Notes: a model not told the origin generated them from the letters alone. Positions 37,865 through 47,917 are shown, counted from the first letter of the stretch. The stretch: DNA of 64,000 bases from an uncultured Nitrososphaerota archaeon (GCA_963703285.1 OY969807.1:1120001-1184000), one strand, 5' to 3'. A program made the numbers and translations.

Positions 37865-39010
37865 CTAGAGAGCTAACCTGTTTTCCTTCCGCACGGTTTC
37901 GAGTTCCTTCCTCAGCCGGGCCATCTGGTCGTCTATGTCGAAGAACCACCGCCCGTTCGAGTCGTCGTAGAGCCTCTGGATGGTGAACCTCGTGGCGCAC
38001 GTCATGTCCACGAGATGGAAGTGCGACCTCTCTCTGGTCGGCTCCATCGCCTCGCGCAGATAGGCCATTGTCTCGATCGTCTGCTCGAGGGGAGGGATGA
38101 GAAACGCGGAATAGTCCGAGTCACCACCCATCTCCATAGCCAGGAAGGGCAGCGCGTTCATCCTGCGCCTGAGCTCGGTCTGCTCATCGTCGCTTATCCC
38201 CGTAAATGAAGCGATCATGGGAGCATACCTGTGCATGGGACGCCGAGGTTGGTTCGTATCCTGGTTCATCTGGTTCTTCGCCCAGAGGACCCTGTAACCC
38301 CCAATCAGCTTCCTATCGCGGACGTGAGCGAGGTGGCTGTACGCCGTCTTTACGCTCATCGAGCTCCGTTTGGCGAACCCGCTGATGGGCGAAGTCGCGT
38401 TGAGCTCCTTCCAGATGATCATCGAGACGTCGACGGAGTCCAGCTCCTGCCTCGGCGTGTGCGATGGGGACGGTGGCTCCACAGAGGGGAGGTTCGACCA
38501 GTCCAGATTCCAGGTGGTCCTCTTGAAGTCGAAGAGCTCCGCGCGCATCGGCGTGACTATCCGCCATCTCGGATGGTAGGTTTCGTGGACCGTCTCGAGG
38601 AATCCCATCCCTTCCATCTCGGCAAGGATTCGGGGGAACTCGCCGTAGTGCTCCTCGGGCAGGAGGAACGCGATGTTGAACTTCCCATCAGGGAAGAGCC
38701 TGTCGAACTCGAGGAAGAACCAGCGGTTGTCCATCGCATAGAATATGTCCGAGGCGTACTTCGCGTAGGTCTTCGAAATGTCCGCGACCACCCTGACAGG
38801 CCGCAGGCCGAGCGCTCCCCAGTCCGAGCGTGCGATCAGGTGGAAGCCGTTCTTCAGCACCCTGGACCTGTAGCATCGACGGACCCTCTCCTCTGGGAGT
38901 TTCAGCCGCCTTGCGACCTCCGCCACGTTCGGTCCAACGGTTTCCACCTCCCGGACGATGTCCCCGATGAGCCTTTCTCCCCTCTTGGATGGAGGACGGG
39001 GTTCGGTCAT
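37865..39010 (-). CDS. double-HTH Lrp/AsnC-like regulator
   Basis: NVAEVARRLKLPEERVR and LDSVD..ISGFAKRSSMSVKTAYSH. Confidence 0.6.
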   Translation of the reverse strand: MTEPRPPSKRGERLIGDIVREVETVGPNVAEVARRLKLPEERVRRCYRSRVLKNGFHLIARSDWGALGLRPVRVVADISKTYAKYASDIFYAMDNRWFFLEFDRLFPDGKFNIAFLLPEEHYGEFPRILAEMEGMGFLETVHETYHPRWRIVTPMRAELFDFKRTTWNLDWSNLPSVEPPSPSHTPRQELDSVDVSMIIWKELNATSPISGFAKRSSMSVKTAYSHLAHVRDRKLIGGYRVLWAKNQMNQDTNQPRRPMHRYAPMIASFTGISDDEQTELRRRMNALPFLAMEMGGDSDYSAFLIPPLEQTIETMAYLREAMEPTRERSHFHLVDMTCATRFTIQRLYDDSNGRWFFDIDDQMARLRKELETVRKENRLAL

Positions 39011-39097
39011 CCCGGTCTAGACGGTCCCGTGCGAGCCAAAAAATGTTCCTGTGTTCCTGTCTTCGACATACACTAATCTACCCGCCCTAGGACTTCG

Positions 39098-39508
39098 ATG
39101 GAGATGCCGCCAGAAGACCAAGCTCAGATAGATGCCAAATTGAGGGAAATCGACGCGACAATCGCAGACCTGCAGAGGCAGAGGCGGGAGTTGCTCGGGG
39201 CAAGGTCGGAACTGAGGAAGTCAGCCGCGCCCGAATCACCCGCAGAGCCGCAGCGGCAGCCGGAGCCGAGCGAGAAGGCCATCGAGAGGGCGATGAACAT
39301 GCTCGAGTGGAAGGGATTCAAGAAGAAAGATGGCGAGTGGGCCTTCCTGAGGACCAGGGACGGCGACCTCGTCGAAGACCTCAAACCCATCGCGGGCTTC
39401 ATCGACCAGCTCCGGAAGGGCAGACGATTGGCGCTCGGCGAGTATGAGTACGTCGCCTCGGAGGACAGGTTTCTGAACAGATATCCCCGAGCGCCAAGCC
39501 AAAGCTGA
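39098..39508 (+). CDS. hypothetical protein with N-terminal coiled coil
   Basis: good codon bias; has a decayed paralog at 31952. Confidence 0.7.
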   Translation: MEMPPEDQAQIDAKLREIDATIADLQRQRRELLGARSELRKSAAPESPAEPQRQPEPSEKAIERAMNMLEWKGFKKKDGEWAFLRTRDGDLVEDLKPIAGFIDQLRKGRRLALGEYEYVASEDRFLNRYPRAPSQS

Positions 39509-39584
39509 AGGAATCACCTCATCGCCCACAACTCAAGGGCTAGCCTGGCTCGAACCGCTCCAGAACAATCAGGCGGGCGCTAGC

Positions 39585-39992
39585 CTAGGGGACTTCTTCG
39601 ATTGTCTGGCAGTAGTCTGTGATTATCCAGCCCTGCTGTCCGTCGTAGGTGCCGAACACGCCTCCGAATCCGTCCAACATGGGACCCGGAATCGAGCTCT
39701 GTGCGCCCGGGAAGAAGTAGGACGTCATGTTGCCGAAGGAGTCGAACAGGGTGCCGCCGCCCTCGAATCCGCTGGGCGCGACCCATGTGTTCCCGTACGA
39801 GTCCGTGAAGGTCGCACCCGTCGGCATGAGTGTTCCGCCGCCATTGAACGCGCAAGTAGTCCTGGTGGGCGGCGGTATCGCGTGTGATGCCGGAAGGAGC
39901 GTAAGGACCATTAGAAGAGAGAGGAGGACCATAGAGACGAGCGTCCTCGGTCCGGTGAAGCTCGACAGGGTGATTGAGTTGCTTGCACGCAT
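39585..39992 (-). CDS. putative secreted protein
   Basis: signal-peptide-like LLSLLMVLTLLPASHA; internal GGGTL..DS.GN repeat. Confidence 0.5.
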   Translation of the reverse strand: MRASNSITLSSFTGPRTLVSMVLLSLLMVLTLLPASHAIPPPTRTTCAFNGGGTLMPTGATFTDSYGNTWVAPSGFEGGGTLFDSFGNMTSYFFPGAQSSIPGPMLDGFGGVFGTYDGQQGWIITDYCQTIEEVP

Positions 39993-40371
39993 CAGGCGAA
40001 GATTAGCTCTTTGGGTTATTAAAACATGCGTCGAGGGCCCTAAGCTCTCGGTCTTCATTTTCCTTTGTTTCAGCGCGAGCCGTGCATCCATAAGATTGTA
40101 ATCCCGCCCCTTGACTAGCCGAGATTCGCGGCCGTGATGAGTGCGCGTTAAGCTCCTGGGAAGAATGGAGAGATAGCGCTGAAGACTGAGCCGCGGGCTT
40201 CCTGCAGCTAACACAGGATTTCCGATTGAGCAGAACCAGGGGCTTCGTGGCCCGCCGGGCGCCTAGTCGCTGCTCGGTTGGCGGCATTCCCCGGGGGCGC
40301 CGGATTAATCGAATCGTGAAGGCTCCTTCACCCTCGCCGGTATAACCTTCTCAGGCCATCGAGGAGCTCGT

Positions 40372-41016
40372 ATGTCGGATTTCGCGGCAAATTGGGACCA
40401 GGAGAAGAAGGGACCCGGGATAGGCCTGAGGCTGCGTGGCAGCGTGAACCAGGGGGCGCCGCTCAAGCCCCGTCTAGACGAGGCGAACCGCGAGATTCAG
40501 GCGGTAATTGCGAGACTCGACGGGACGATGGCGAAGCTGCGCGACAAGGACGCGAGCCTCTTCAACAAGATAGTGGTAGCGACGCAGAAGCGCGATTCCG
40601 CGCGCGCGTCGGTGTACGCAAACGAGCTGGGAGAGCTAAGGAAGATGAACAGGATGGTGACCCAGTCTAGGCTGGCCCTCGAGCAGATAAACCTCAGACT
40701 CAACACGATAACCGATCTGGGCGACATAGTGTCGACCCTCGCGCCGGCTACGTCAATCGTCAGCGGCCTCAGGCAGAGCCTCTCGGGACTTGTGCCGGAG
40801 GCAGAGAGCGGGATGAGCGAGATATCGAGCCTGCTCGGCGGTATCCTAGTCGACGCCGGGTCGGTGAACGGCTCCTCGATCGACTTCGGCATCGCCAACG
40901 CTGAGGCCGAGAGTGTCCTGTCCGAGGCTGCGGCCGTCGCGGAATCTAGGATGGAGAGCACGCTCCCCGAGATTCCGGCCACAGCTAGAATGTCAAGCGA
41001 GATGGAAGAGGCGTAG
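40372..41016 (+). CDS. cdvB: ESCRT-III / CdvB family cell-division protein
   Basis: PLKPRL..LFNKIV..YANELGELRKM..LEQINLRLNT..GD..LAPA. Confidence 0.85.
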   Translation: MSDFAANWDQEKKGPGIGLRLRGSVNQGAPLKPRLDEANREIQAVIARLDGTMAKLRDKDASLFNKIVVATQKRDSARASVYANELGELRKMNRMVTQSRLALEQINLRLNTITDLGDIVSTLAPATSIVSGLRQSLSGLVPEAESGMSEISSLLGGILVDAGSVNGSSIDFGIANAEAESVLSEAAAVAESRMESTLPEIPATARMSSEMEEA

Positions 41017-41135
41017 CCGGACCAAGGCTGCCCGGGGGTCGCATGCCTCGGCGGTTCCCGATTCGTCCAGCTCGCGACTTCATAGATCAAGTTCTTTCTT
41101 TCAGGCCGTCCCATCAGGGACGCAATTGAAATCTC

Positions 41136-41477
41136 TCAAAGCAGCGGCTGAAGTTCTTCAAGAAGCACGCGCGTCTCGTTGAGCAGCGACTTTGCGCTCC
41201 ACGGCTGCCTTCTCTGCATAACATAGGAGGCGCCCAGCATGGCGACGCCGGGGACGTCGACTATGGGCCCAAGAGGGTCTGGAGAGAGAACCAGCACAAT
41301 GCCCGCCTTCCTCAGGTTCGACGAGATCGAGTTCGGCCTCACGACCTGGTTGAGCCTCCTCCTCGTCTCGGTTTGGGCCAGGCTATTGGCTATCTGTGCC
41401 CTGTCCTGGGCTGTTCTTTCGAGAGCGTCTGCCCCTGCCCTCAACAGCCTCGCCTGGCTCTTCAACGGCTGTTGCAC
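41136..41477 (-). CDS. hypothetical protein
   Basis: AGIVLVLSPDP..PGVAMLGA. Confidence 0.5.
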   Translation of the reverse strand: MQQPLKSQARLLRAGADALERTAQDRAQIANSLAQTETRRRLNQVVRPNSISSNLRKAGIVLVLSPDPLGPIVDVPGVAMLGASYVMQRRQPWSAKSLLNETRVLLEELQPLL

Positions 41478-41756
41478 GGGCCTGGCCCACTTAATCTAGT
41501 CTGGTCAAGAGTTCTTGTCGCCGCGCTCAGTTATGGCAGCGCGGAAATCAACCCTTGAACGAGTCGAGGAAGCTATCTGACGGCCCGAAGACGCTCCGCC
41601 CTAGCTGTGGCCAGGAGGACGGGGGGCCCCGCTCTGCGGCCGACCCGCGGGTCGGAATCAATCGTCGACCTCAGACGAGTCGCGGCGATTTAAGAGTTTG
41701 GTCGAAGGCACTGGAGATTCCTTCCAGACCGAGCTGGGAAGAACCCAGCCCAGGGT

Positions 41757-42050
41757 TCAAGAGCCTTTCAGCCCCAGGGCGGCCTCCCCGGGGTCTATTC
41801 CGGCGCTGTACAGCGATTCCATGATGGCGTGGACCAGCTCCATCGCTGACGCAGGGCTCAGCTCCACCGCTACCCTTGCTCCCGGCGCCTCCTTCTCGTT
41901 GAAGAAGTCTATGTTGATGCCCTGCGGCATCGAGGTGTGGTACGAGCAGTCGTATGTGACGACCACCTCGTCAAGCTTGAACCAGTCGTCGGCGGCCTTT
42001 CCCGCTCCCGCCACCTTTGCCCTCTGGACTATACCCGTGCACACGCCCAT
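41757..42050 (-). CDS. DUF6295-like protein
   Basis: CT.I..GAGK..W, INIDF, ARVAVELSPASA; follows dienelactone hydrolase. Confidence 0.65.
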   Translation of the reverse strand: MGVCTGIVQRAKVAGAGKAADDWFKLDEVVVTYDCSYHTSMPQGINIDFFNEKEAPGARVAVELSPASAMELVHAIMESLYSAGIDPGEAALGLKGS

Positions 42051-42058
42051 TCACCCCC

Positions 42059-42844
42059 CTATGAGCTCCCCGGCGTCCCTAGGTTCTTCTCCAGGAACGC
42101 GAAGATCCTCTTCCAGCCGTCTACCGCCTGCTCCTGCCTGTAGGCTGGCCTGTCGTAGTAGAAGAAGCCGTGACCGGCCTTCGGATACGTGTGGAACTCG
42201 TAGCTCTTCCCGAGGTTCTTGAGCAGCTCCTCGTGCTGAGCGACCTGCTGGGGCGTGGGAAACTGGTCTTCCTCGCCGAACAAGCCCAGCAGGGGGCAAG
42301 AAAGGTCCTTCGTGTAGTCGATGGGGGCCACCGGCGTCTTCGGCGTCAGCTCCTGGGGTGTCATCACCACGCGTCCTCCCCAGCAGTCCACCACCGCTCC
42401 GAAGCCCTTGCTTCTGCATCCCGCCAGGAACGCGTGGCGGCCTCCCGAACACGTCCCGAAGACGCCGACCCTGCCGGTGCACGTCGGAAGTGTGGCCACG
42501 TAATTCCGCGCCGCGGCGGCATCGCCGACCGCCTGGTCGTCCGGTATCCCCCCCTCGGCGCGAGCCTTCGCCGCGATGTCCTCCGGCGAGCCGTGGCCGA
42601 GGCGAAAGTAGAGGTTGGGGCTGATCGCCAGGTAGCCGTGGTGCGCGAACCTTCGCGTGGCCTCCCTGTACCACTCGTCCCATCCGGGAGCGTGGTGCAT
42701 CAGCACGATTCCGGGGTTCGGCCCGGGGCCTAGCGGTCGGGCGAAGTACGCGTTGATGACGTCGCCGTTGTATCCCGTCATCGTCACCGTCTCCGCGAGC
42801 ATCCCTTCGTACATGTCCGTCCTGTATTGTTGCTGGTGAGCCAA
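42059..42844 (-). CDS. dienelactone hydrolase family protein
   Basis: GTCSGG nucleophile, GEED, AGHGF. Confidence 0.9.
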   Translation of the reverse strand: MAHQQQYRTDMYEGMLAETVTMTGYNGDVINAYFARPLGPGPNPGIVLMHHAPGWDEWYREATRRFAHHGYLAISPNLYFRLGHGSPEDIAAKARAEGGIPDDQAVGDAAAARNYVATLPTCTGRVGVFGTCSGGRHAFLAGCRSKGFGAVVDCWGGRVVMTPQELTPKTPVAPIDYTKDLSCPLLGLFGEEDQFPTPQQVAQHEELLKNLGKSYEFHTYPKAGHGFFYYDRPAYRQEQAVDGWKRIFAFLEKNLGTPGSS

Positions 42845-42976
42845 GACGGCTTTGGTTTCAGAGTTCTTCGGTTAAAGCGTTCCGAACTATCGGTGGACCC
42901 GTCCGGAGCCGCCCCCTGAACACCCCAAGAGTTCGTGTACACTCTCGACCACTTGAGCATCCCCAGACATAGGACC

Positions 42977-43654
42977 CTACTCCGATATCTTCTCGCTCAA
43001 GACCTGATAGGCCTTCGGTCCCAGCTTCTCCTGCACTATCATCACGATGTCTTCGTAGCTGAGAAACGCGTCGAGAATGCTGACACCATTCCTGTAGAGC
43101 AGCTCCGTGATGAACGAGACGATCCCCGGGACCTTCTCCGCTCCCGCAGGCATCCGAACCGTGATCTTTGCGACGCTCCTCTTCAGGGTCAGCGGGTATC
43201 TCATGGAGAGCGCGCTCTCGAGGAGGAGGGCGTCCTCCTCCTCGGCTATCACCTTGACGGAGTTGGGGAGCTGGAAGATGTTCGGCGTCCCGCTGAGCTT
43301 GGGTGCCAATCTCAAGATGGCCTGGATGACCTGATGCGCGTCGGAGCCCTTCGCCCCGATCGTCACGTCGACCGCTCCCCCCGCCAGATTCAGCCTGGCG
43401 CCCTTGAGGATGGCAGACATCTCCTCCATCTTGCCTTCAGACAGGCGGTCGGAGAACCTCTTGATCGCCACCACGATTGTCTCCATGTTGGCCCCCTTTC
43501 CGGTCAGCTCCTCCACCTCGGAAGAGATTCTCGAAGCGACAGCGTGGTAGTTGACTATCTTGAGCTTCACGGCCTCGTAGACCACATAGTTTCGCAGGAT
43601 TATCGTGGCAACCGCGTCGCTCACCGGGACGTTGTTGCCTTGTGAATCGGTCAT
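42977..43654 (-). CDS. ACT-domain protein with probable N-terminal DNA-binding region
   Basis: IVNYHAVA..I, AIKR, VPGIVSFITELLYRNGVSI. Confidence 0.75.
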   Translation of the reverse strand: MTDSQGNNVPVSDAVATIILRNYVVYEAVKLKIVNYHAVASRISSEVEELTGKGANMETIVVAIKRFSDRLSEGKMEEMSAILKGARLNLAGGAVDVTIGAKGSDAHQVIQAILRLAPKLSGTPNIFQLPNSVKVIAEEEDALLLESALSMRYPLTLKRSVAKITVRMPAGAEKVPGIVSFITELLYRNGVSILDAFLSYEDIVMIVQEKLGPKAYQVLSEKISE

Positions 43655-43680
43655 TCCCCGTCGTGCGGATTCAACGAGGT

Positions 43681-43738
43681 CAGTTATAAGTATGACTGAA
43701 CATATAGATAGACCTATATAGTGTCATATCTATGACAC
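43681..43738. promoter_or_regulatory. two palindromic operator-like sites, GTCATA-N2-TATGAC consensus
   Basis: CAGTTATA-AG-TATGACTG (43681) and GTGTCATA-TC-TATGACAC (43721) in divergent spacer. Confidence 0.65.
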
Positions 43739-43749
43739 ATTGAAATACT

Positions 43750-44265
43750 ATGATAACAACGACAATGAATCCGACAACCATAATCGCCAACATCCAACCA
43801 AAAATGCGCAACCAAGTGGCTGAGCAGTTGAGCAGGATCCAGGGGATCACCTACTCCTCACCACTGACCGGCAGATTCGACTTTGCCATCGAGCTGAAGG
43901 CAGCCGACCCGAGGCAGGTCTACGAGCTGGTCAACAAGGTGCGCTCCATAAGCGGAGTCACATCGACTAGGACCTACACCCCATTCGAGGGATTTGCTAA
44001 CGGCAAGAACATCCAGGCAACCGACTCTCTTGCGCTAGTGCTGCTCCGCGTCAACGAGCACGTACAAGCACAGAATGTACTGCAATCCATCGAGAACTTC
44101 CCGCAAGTCCGCAGTGCTTATGTCGTCCCTGGTGAGTTCGACGTCCTCGCGACCGTCTACGGAAAGAACCAAGATGAGATTCTCTCCCAGGTCTCGAAGA
44201 TGGACGACGTCCAGGGCGTAAGGACCAGCGAGACGCTCTTCGCCTACTTGCCCAAGTGGCAGTAG
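43750..44265 (+). CDS. tandem Lrp/AsnC ligand-binding (RAM) domain protein
   Basis: TGRFD..ISGVTSTRT and PGEFD..VQGVRTSET. Confidence 0.8.
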   Translation: MITTTMNPTTIIANIQPKMRNQVAEQLSRIQGITYSSPLTGRFDFAIELKAADPRQVYELVNKVRSISGVTSTRTYTPFEGFANGKNIQATDSLALVLLRVNEHVQAQNVLQSIENFPQVRSAYVVPGEFDVLATVYGKNQDEILSQVSKMDDVQGVRTSETLFAYLPKWQ

Positions 44266-44283
44266 GCTCTCTCTTTTTTCTTA
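44266..44283 (+). terminator. oligo-T archaeal terminator candidate
   Basis: CTCTCTCTTTTTTCTT right after stop. Confidence 0.45.
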
Positions 44284-44417
44284 TCAGATCCTGCTGTCCC
44301 CGGAGGGCCACGCGTACGGATGTGCCCCTCCCCAACTTTCCTTCGGGTCGTCCCGAAGCAAGCCCGCTCACGCGACCGTCCAAGGGGCCGTGACATTTCA
44401 GAACCACACCGAAGACC

Positions 44418-46022
44418 TCAGGGGGGAACCTCCTTCCCAGTGCGGCCGTCCAGCAAGACGATCCTCTTCCTCCTCTTCAGGACCATCTCGACTCGGTAAA
44501 GCGGGTACACGAACTCCCTGTACCCCTGCACCTCGGAGTGCTCGACGAGGCCCCTGATGACCTCCCGGAGCGACGCCTCGGACAGGACGTTGTTCTCTAC
44601 GGTCCCCGATTGGGCGACGGGCTCGAGCGCCTGCTCCGAGTCGTGCCAGACGAATCCGGGAAACTCGTAGATGCGCCGGTAGAGGCGTGAGCGGCCCGCC
44701 TGGACCGACCTGACGAGCCTCCTCTGCTCCAGGGCCTTCATCAGCCGCCTGAGCGTCTGGACCGAGACGCCAATCTTACCGGCGACCTCCAGGGCACCCT
44801 TGTCCCTGTCGGTGCTCGTCTCCCTGAGGACCTCGATCTGTTCCGCAGTCAGCCCAATCAGCCCCTGCAGGCCGTCGTGCAGGACGGGTACGTCCCCGAG
44901 CTCGACGAACGCGCCCGTCCGCCCGTCGAGGAGGAGGTACCTCAGGTCGACCCTCTTCCTGAGGACGCCGGCCCTAACAGCGACCGCGAGCTCGACCATG
45001 GGCCGAAGGATCAGGCGAGCGTTCGCGATGGCCTCCCTGCCGCCGAAGAAGATGAAGGCCTTGTCGCGCTTGACCATCGTCGGGACGTCCTCCGGACCGA
45101 ACGTCGGGTTTATCCCGAGGAGGGGGGCCCCTCGGACCGGGACTCCGGGTGCGGACCTCACGGACGGCCCGACCACCGCCGCCGCGCCCTTCGGCCTGAA
45201 CTGTCTGACCACGCGCGGCGTGATCTTGGGGGTTCCTCCTCCGTAACGGGTCTCCTTCACCCTTATGGAGACGACCCTGGGCAAGGCGGACAGCCCTCCC
45301 ATGGCGTAGAACCTTCCGGACGGGAGGGCGGTGAGCTCATTCGGGGATTCTCGCCCCTGGAAGAACTGGCTGACCGCCTGCAGGTCGTTCCTGATTACGA
45401 GCTTACCGATGAGCTGGTTCCCGCACTGGCTCAGTACGTTCTTGTCGACGAGCGAAGGCCGCTGGGTGCAGACCATCAGCCCGACACCCCGCTTCCGCCC
45501 CCTCCTCGCTATCTCGCCGAGGATCGCGACCCGTTCGCCGTTCTGGGGCACGAACCTGTCCGCCTCCTCGACGATGATCAGGTAGGGCGTCCTGCGCCTC
45601 TCGACCTCCTCGTATATGCTCGAGAGGAGGTCCGAGACCTTCTGCCTGGGCTCGTCGGACTCCGAGAGGTCGAGAATCAGTGGGGCGAGGTCGGGCGCCT
45701 GGCTGCCGAGGTCATGGAGGTCGAGGCCTGACCACCGGAGGTCGGATCCCTCCCCGTCGCCGACGAGGACCATCTGGTACTTCTCCTTGAGCCCGGAGTG
45801 CTCACCCTCCGTGTCCACCACCGCGAAGGGCACCCCGCACTTGCAGAGCTCCTCGCAGATCACGCCCACCGCGTAACTCTTTCCAGACCCCGAAGCTCCG
45901 ATCACGCAGGTCCGCCCCGTCGCGACCACGTTGGCGTCGACGTCGAACGGCCCTCTCTCGTCGCTGCCCAGGTGGAGAATCGGGGGCGCCTCTGCGCCGA
46001 GGGTACGGCCGGTGACTTCCAT
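44418..46022 (-). CDS. HerA/DUF87-type P-loop ATPase with C-terminal HTH
   Basis: GASGSGKS, DTEGE, EEADRF, RRGRKRG..TQRP; EVAGKIGVSVQTLRR. Confidence 0.82.
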   Translation of the reverse strand: MEVTGRTLGAEAPPILHLGSDERGPFDVDANVVATGRTCVIGASGSGKSYAVGVICEELCKCGVPFAVVDTEGEHSGLKEKYQMVLVGDGEGSDLRWSGLDLHDLGSQAPDLAPLILDLSESDEPRQKVSDLLSSIYEEVERRRTPYLIIVEEADRFVPQNGERVAILGEIARRGRKRGVGLMVCTQRPSLVDKNVLSQCGNQLIGKLVIRNDLQAVSQFFQGRESPNELTALPSGRFYAMGGLSALPRVVSIRVKETRYGGGTPKITPRVVRQFRPKGAAAVVGPSVRSAPGVPVRGAPLLGINPTFGPEDVPTMVKRDKAFIFFGGREAIANARLILRPMVELAVAVRAGVLRKRVDLRYLLLDGRTGAFVELGDVPVLHDGLQGLIGLTAEQIEVLRETSTDRDKGALEVAGKIGVSVQTLRRLMKALEQRRLVRSVQAGRSRLYRRIYEFPGFVWHDSEQALEPVAQSGTVENNVLSEASLREVIRGLVEHSEVQGYREFVYPLYRVEMVLKRRKRIVLLDGRTGKEVPP

Positions 46023-46338
46023 TGTACCGCTTCGCGTCCGGGAGGGATTTAATGGTTAGCGAGGCTGCGGGAAGAATCCTCGGCATGCCGAGCTGGGGGA
46101 GCCCACGGGAAAAACGTGAGATATGTCCTTCCTCGTGTTAGATGACAAGACGACGATGCCTCCGCATATATCTGCGCAGAACTGCCTGGGCCATATGGTT
46201 AACCCATTTCATATGTGATTGGTTTATGTCAGTGTCGTCGAGGGCGCGGCTTTGAGGTCAGAAAAAAGATGTCAACCGTCCAAGAAGTCGAGTTCAAGTC
46301 TGTTCCCCCCGACAGAGTTAGAGAGGACGAGCGGCCTG

Positions 46339-46839
46339 ATGGCGAGAAGCGTCCGCAGCGTCAGGATAGGATCCTCCGCTGATGGCGAAAGCAGCGCTGC
46401 GGGCGACTTGGTCCTTCCGGTGGACGGCCGAACCGACATCGAGGCCGCCCTGGAACACTCAATCAAGCTGGCGAAGGCGTACAGCGCCAGGATAGTCCTT
46501 GTGTACGTCACGGACGAGACGGTCGTTCCCAGAGGATATGCAGAGTACGCCAGGGCTGAGAAGATTCGCGATTACTCCCCGGCGTACTTCAGTTCGCTCG
46601 GTGAGACCACGATTGCGAGGTTAAGGAGAAGGATAGAAGATGAGGGCGTGGAGTGCACGGGCCATGCCTTCGTCGGAAGCTTCACCGACGCGATGAAAGC
46701 CTGCCAGCGGGACCCCAGGGTCCTCTTGCTAGTGCTGACTCGTCCCAGGAGATCGGTGCTTGCCAGGCTCGGGATAGGCGGGTTCAGGCTTGGGGCGATA
46801 TCCCGTCTGAACGTGCCCATTGTGTTCGTCCCCGCCTAG
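46339..46839 (+). CDS. universal stress protein
   Basis: LVLPVDG..LAKAYSARIVLVYV..VPIVFVP. Confidence 0.75.
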   Translation: MARSVRSVRIGSSADGESSAAGDLVLPVDGRTDIEAALEHSIKLAKAYSARIVLVYVTDETVVPRGYAEYARAEKIRDYSPAYFSSLGETTIARLRRRIEDEGVECTGHAFVGSFTDAMKACQRDPRVLLLVLTRPRRSVLARLGIGGFRLGAISRLNVPIVFVPA

Positions 46840-46863
46840 CCAACAGGTTCCCTCCAGGAAGGA

Positions 46864-47469
46864 CTAGGCAGGCGTGGGTTGAGCCCCATCCGACACGCTT
46901 TGCCTGAACCTCCTGCCGTACGGAAAGAGCTTAGGCACCTGCCGCCTATAGTCCGCGTATCTCGCCCCGAACAGGGCCAGGAGTTCCCTCTCCTCGAACG
47001 GTATCAGGAAGAACCAGTACCAGCCCGTCAGGACCAGCCCCCACATGAGGAGGGGGACAGACTCGACCGCCACCCCGAGCCCGACTACGGCCGCCACCAC
47101 TCCAAAGTACATCGGGCTCCTGACGTAAACATAGGGACCTCTCGGGATGAAAGCTTCCACCCTACCCTCCTTCTCGCCGAGCGGCCTCCTCCGAATCAGT
47201 TTCATGAATGTCGCCGAGGTTGAGACCCAGACGTCCCACGGGCGCCTGAACCTGAAGACGTCAGCTGCTACGGCAAGCCCCGAGACCAGGAGCGCCGCGC
47301 CCAGCAGCCTGATCTCAATCGGGAGGCCGAAGCTCAGCTGGTGTCCAACGAGCGCACCGAGGAGCGCGTATACAGCATATCCAATCCAGTAGGTCGCGGC
47401 GAGGATCAACAGGATCACAAGCCCCGCAATCAACAGGTCCGCCACGCTGAGGGCTCGGTCGGTCTTCAA
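46864..47469 (-). CDS. ICMT/PEMT-family membrane methyltransferase
   Basis: GPYVYVRSPMY, EERELLALFG..Y..YRRQVP. Confidence 0.85.
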   Translation of the reverse strand: MKTDRALSVADLLIAGLVILLILAATYWIGYAVYALLGALVGHQLSFGLPIEIRLLGAALLVSGLAVAADVFRFRRPWDVWVSTSATFMKLIRRRPLGEKEGRVEAFIPRGPYVYVRSPMYFGVVAAVVGLGVAVESVPLLMWGLVLTGWYWFFLIPFEERELLALFGARYADYRRQVPKLFPYGRRFRQSVSDGAQPTPA

Positions 47470-47526
47470 CAGGAATCCCCACCAGACCCTCGGGTGCTTC
47501 GGAGATATTGGGTTCGGTCTAGGGTA

Positions 47527-47643
47527 CTAGCCTTTGTCGACCTTGGGTACTTTGGTTGCCGTGGCAAGGATCGCATCGTATGTAGAATCCGCGATGAGTC
47601 TGAGTTCAGCTTCTTTCTTCTTGGTCAGCTTCTCCGCGGTCAT
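47527..47643 (-). CDS. 38-aa hypothetical microprotein (not in ORF track)
   Basis: MTAEKLTKKKEAELRLIADSTYDAIL..; ATGA overlap with upstream ORF. Confidence 0.35.
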   Translation of the reverse strand: MTAEKLTKKKEAELRLIADSTYDAILATATKVPKVDKG

Positions 47644-47813
47644 TTTCCTCTTAACCTCTTCTCGTCTCGTTTATACCTTTCCGCCAATTCTTTGTACAGG
47701 AATCGGGCTTCGAGCGAACTGCTGAAGACGATGTGGATCACGTTCCCGACTCTCACCAGCCTTATCGAGGTGGTTCCGATGTCGAATTGGTCAGCCTCGA
47801 CGTCCTCGTTCAT
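47640..47813 (-). CDS. small hypothetical protein
   Basis: MNEDVEADQFDIG... Confidence 0.4.
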   Translation of the reverse strand: MNEDVEADQFDIGTTSIRLVRVGNVIHIVFSSSLEARFLYKELAERYKRDEKRLRGK

Positions 47814-47917
47814 GACAGGGGACCTTGCCAGTCCTCTTAAGCGGCAAGCATCAGCCTCGGCGGTTTGCTTTAGCCCAAGTGCTGCAGTTTTGCCTTCCCT
47901 GACCGATAGCAAGCAGC

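Larger units (their letters stand above)
7006..39508. mobile_element. composite accessory island downstream of tes, punctuated by copies of the tes 3' end; right boundary approximate
   Basis: GC drop after tes, defence genes, TA pairs, gene remnants, repeated tes ends; no integrase seen. Confidence 0.7.

Noticed and set aside
7006-39508. Integrase, transposase or viral structural genes in the island
   Set aside because: No tyrosine/serine recombinase, DDE or capsid motifs were recognised in any ORF.
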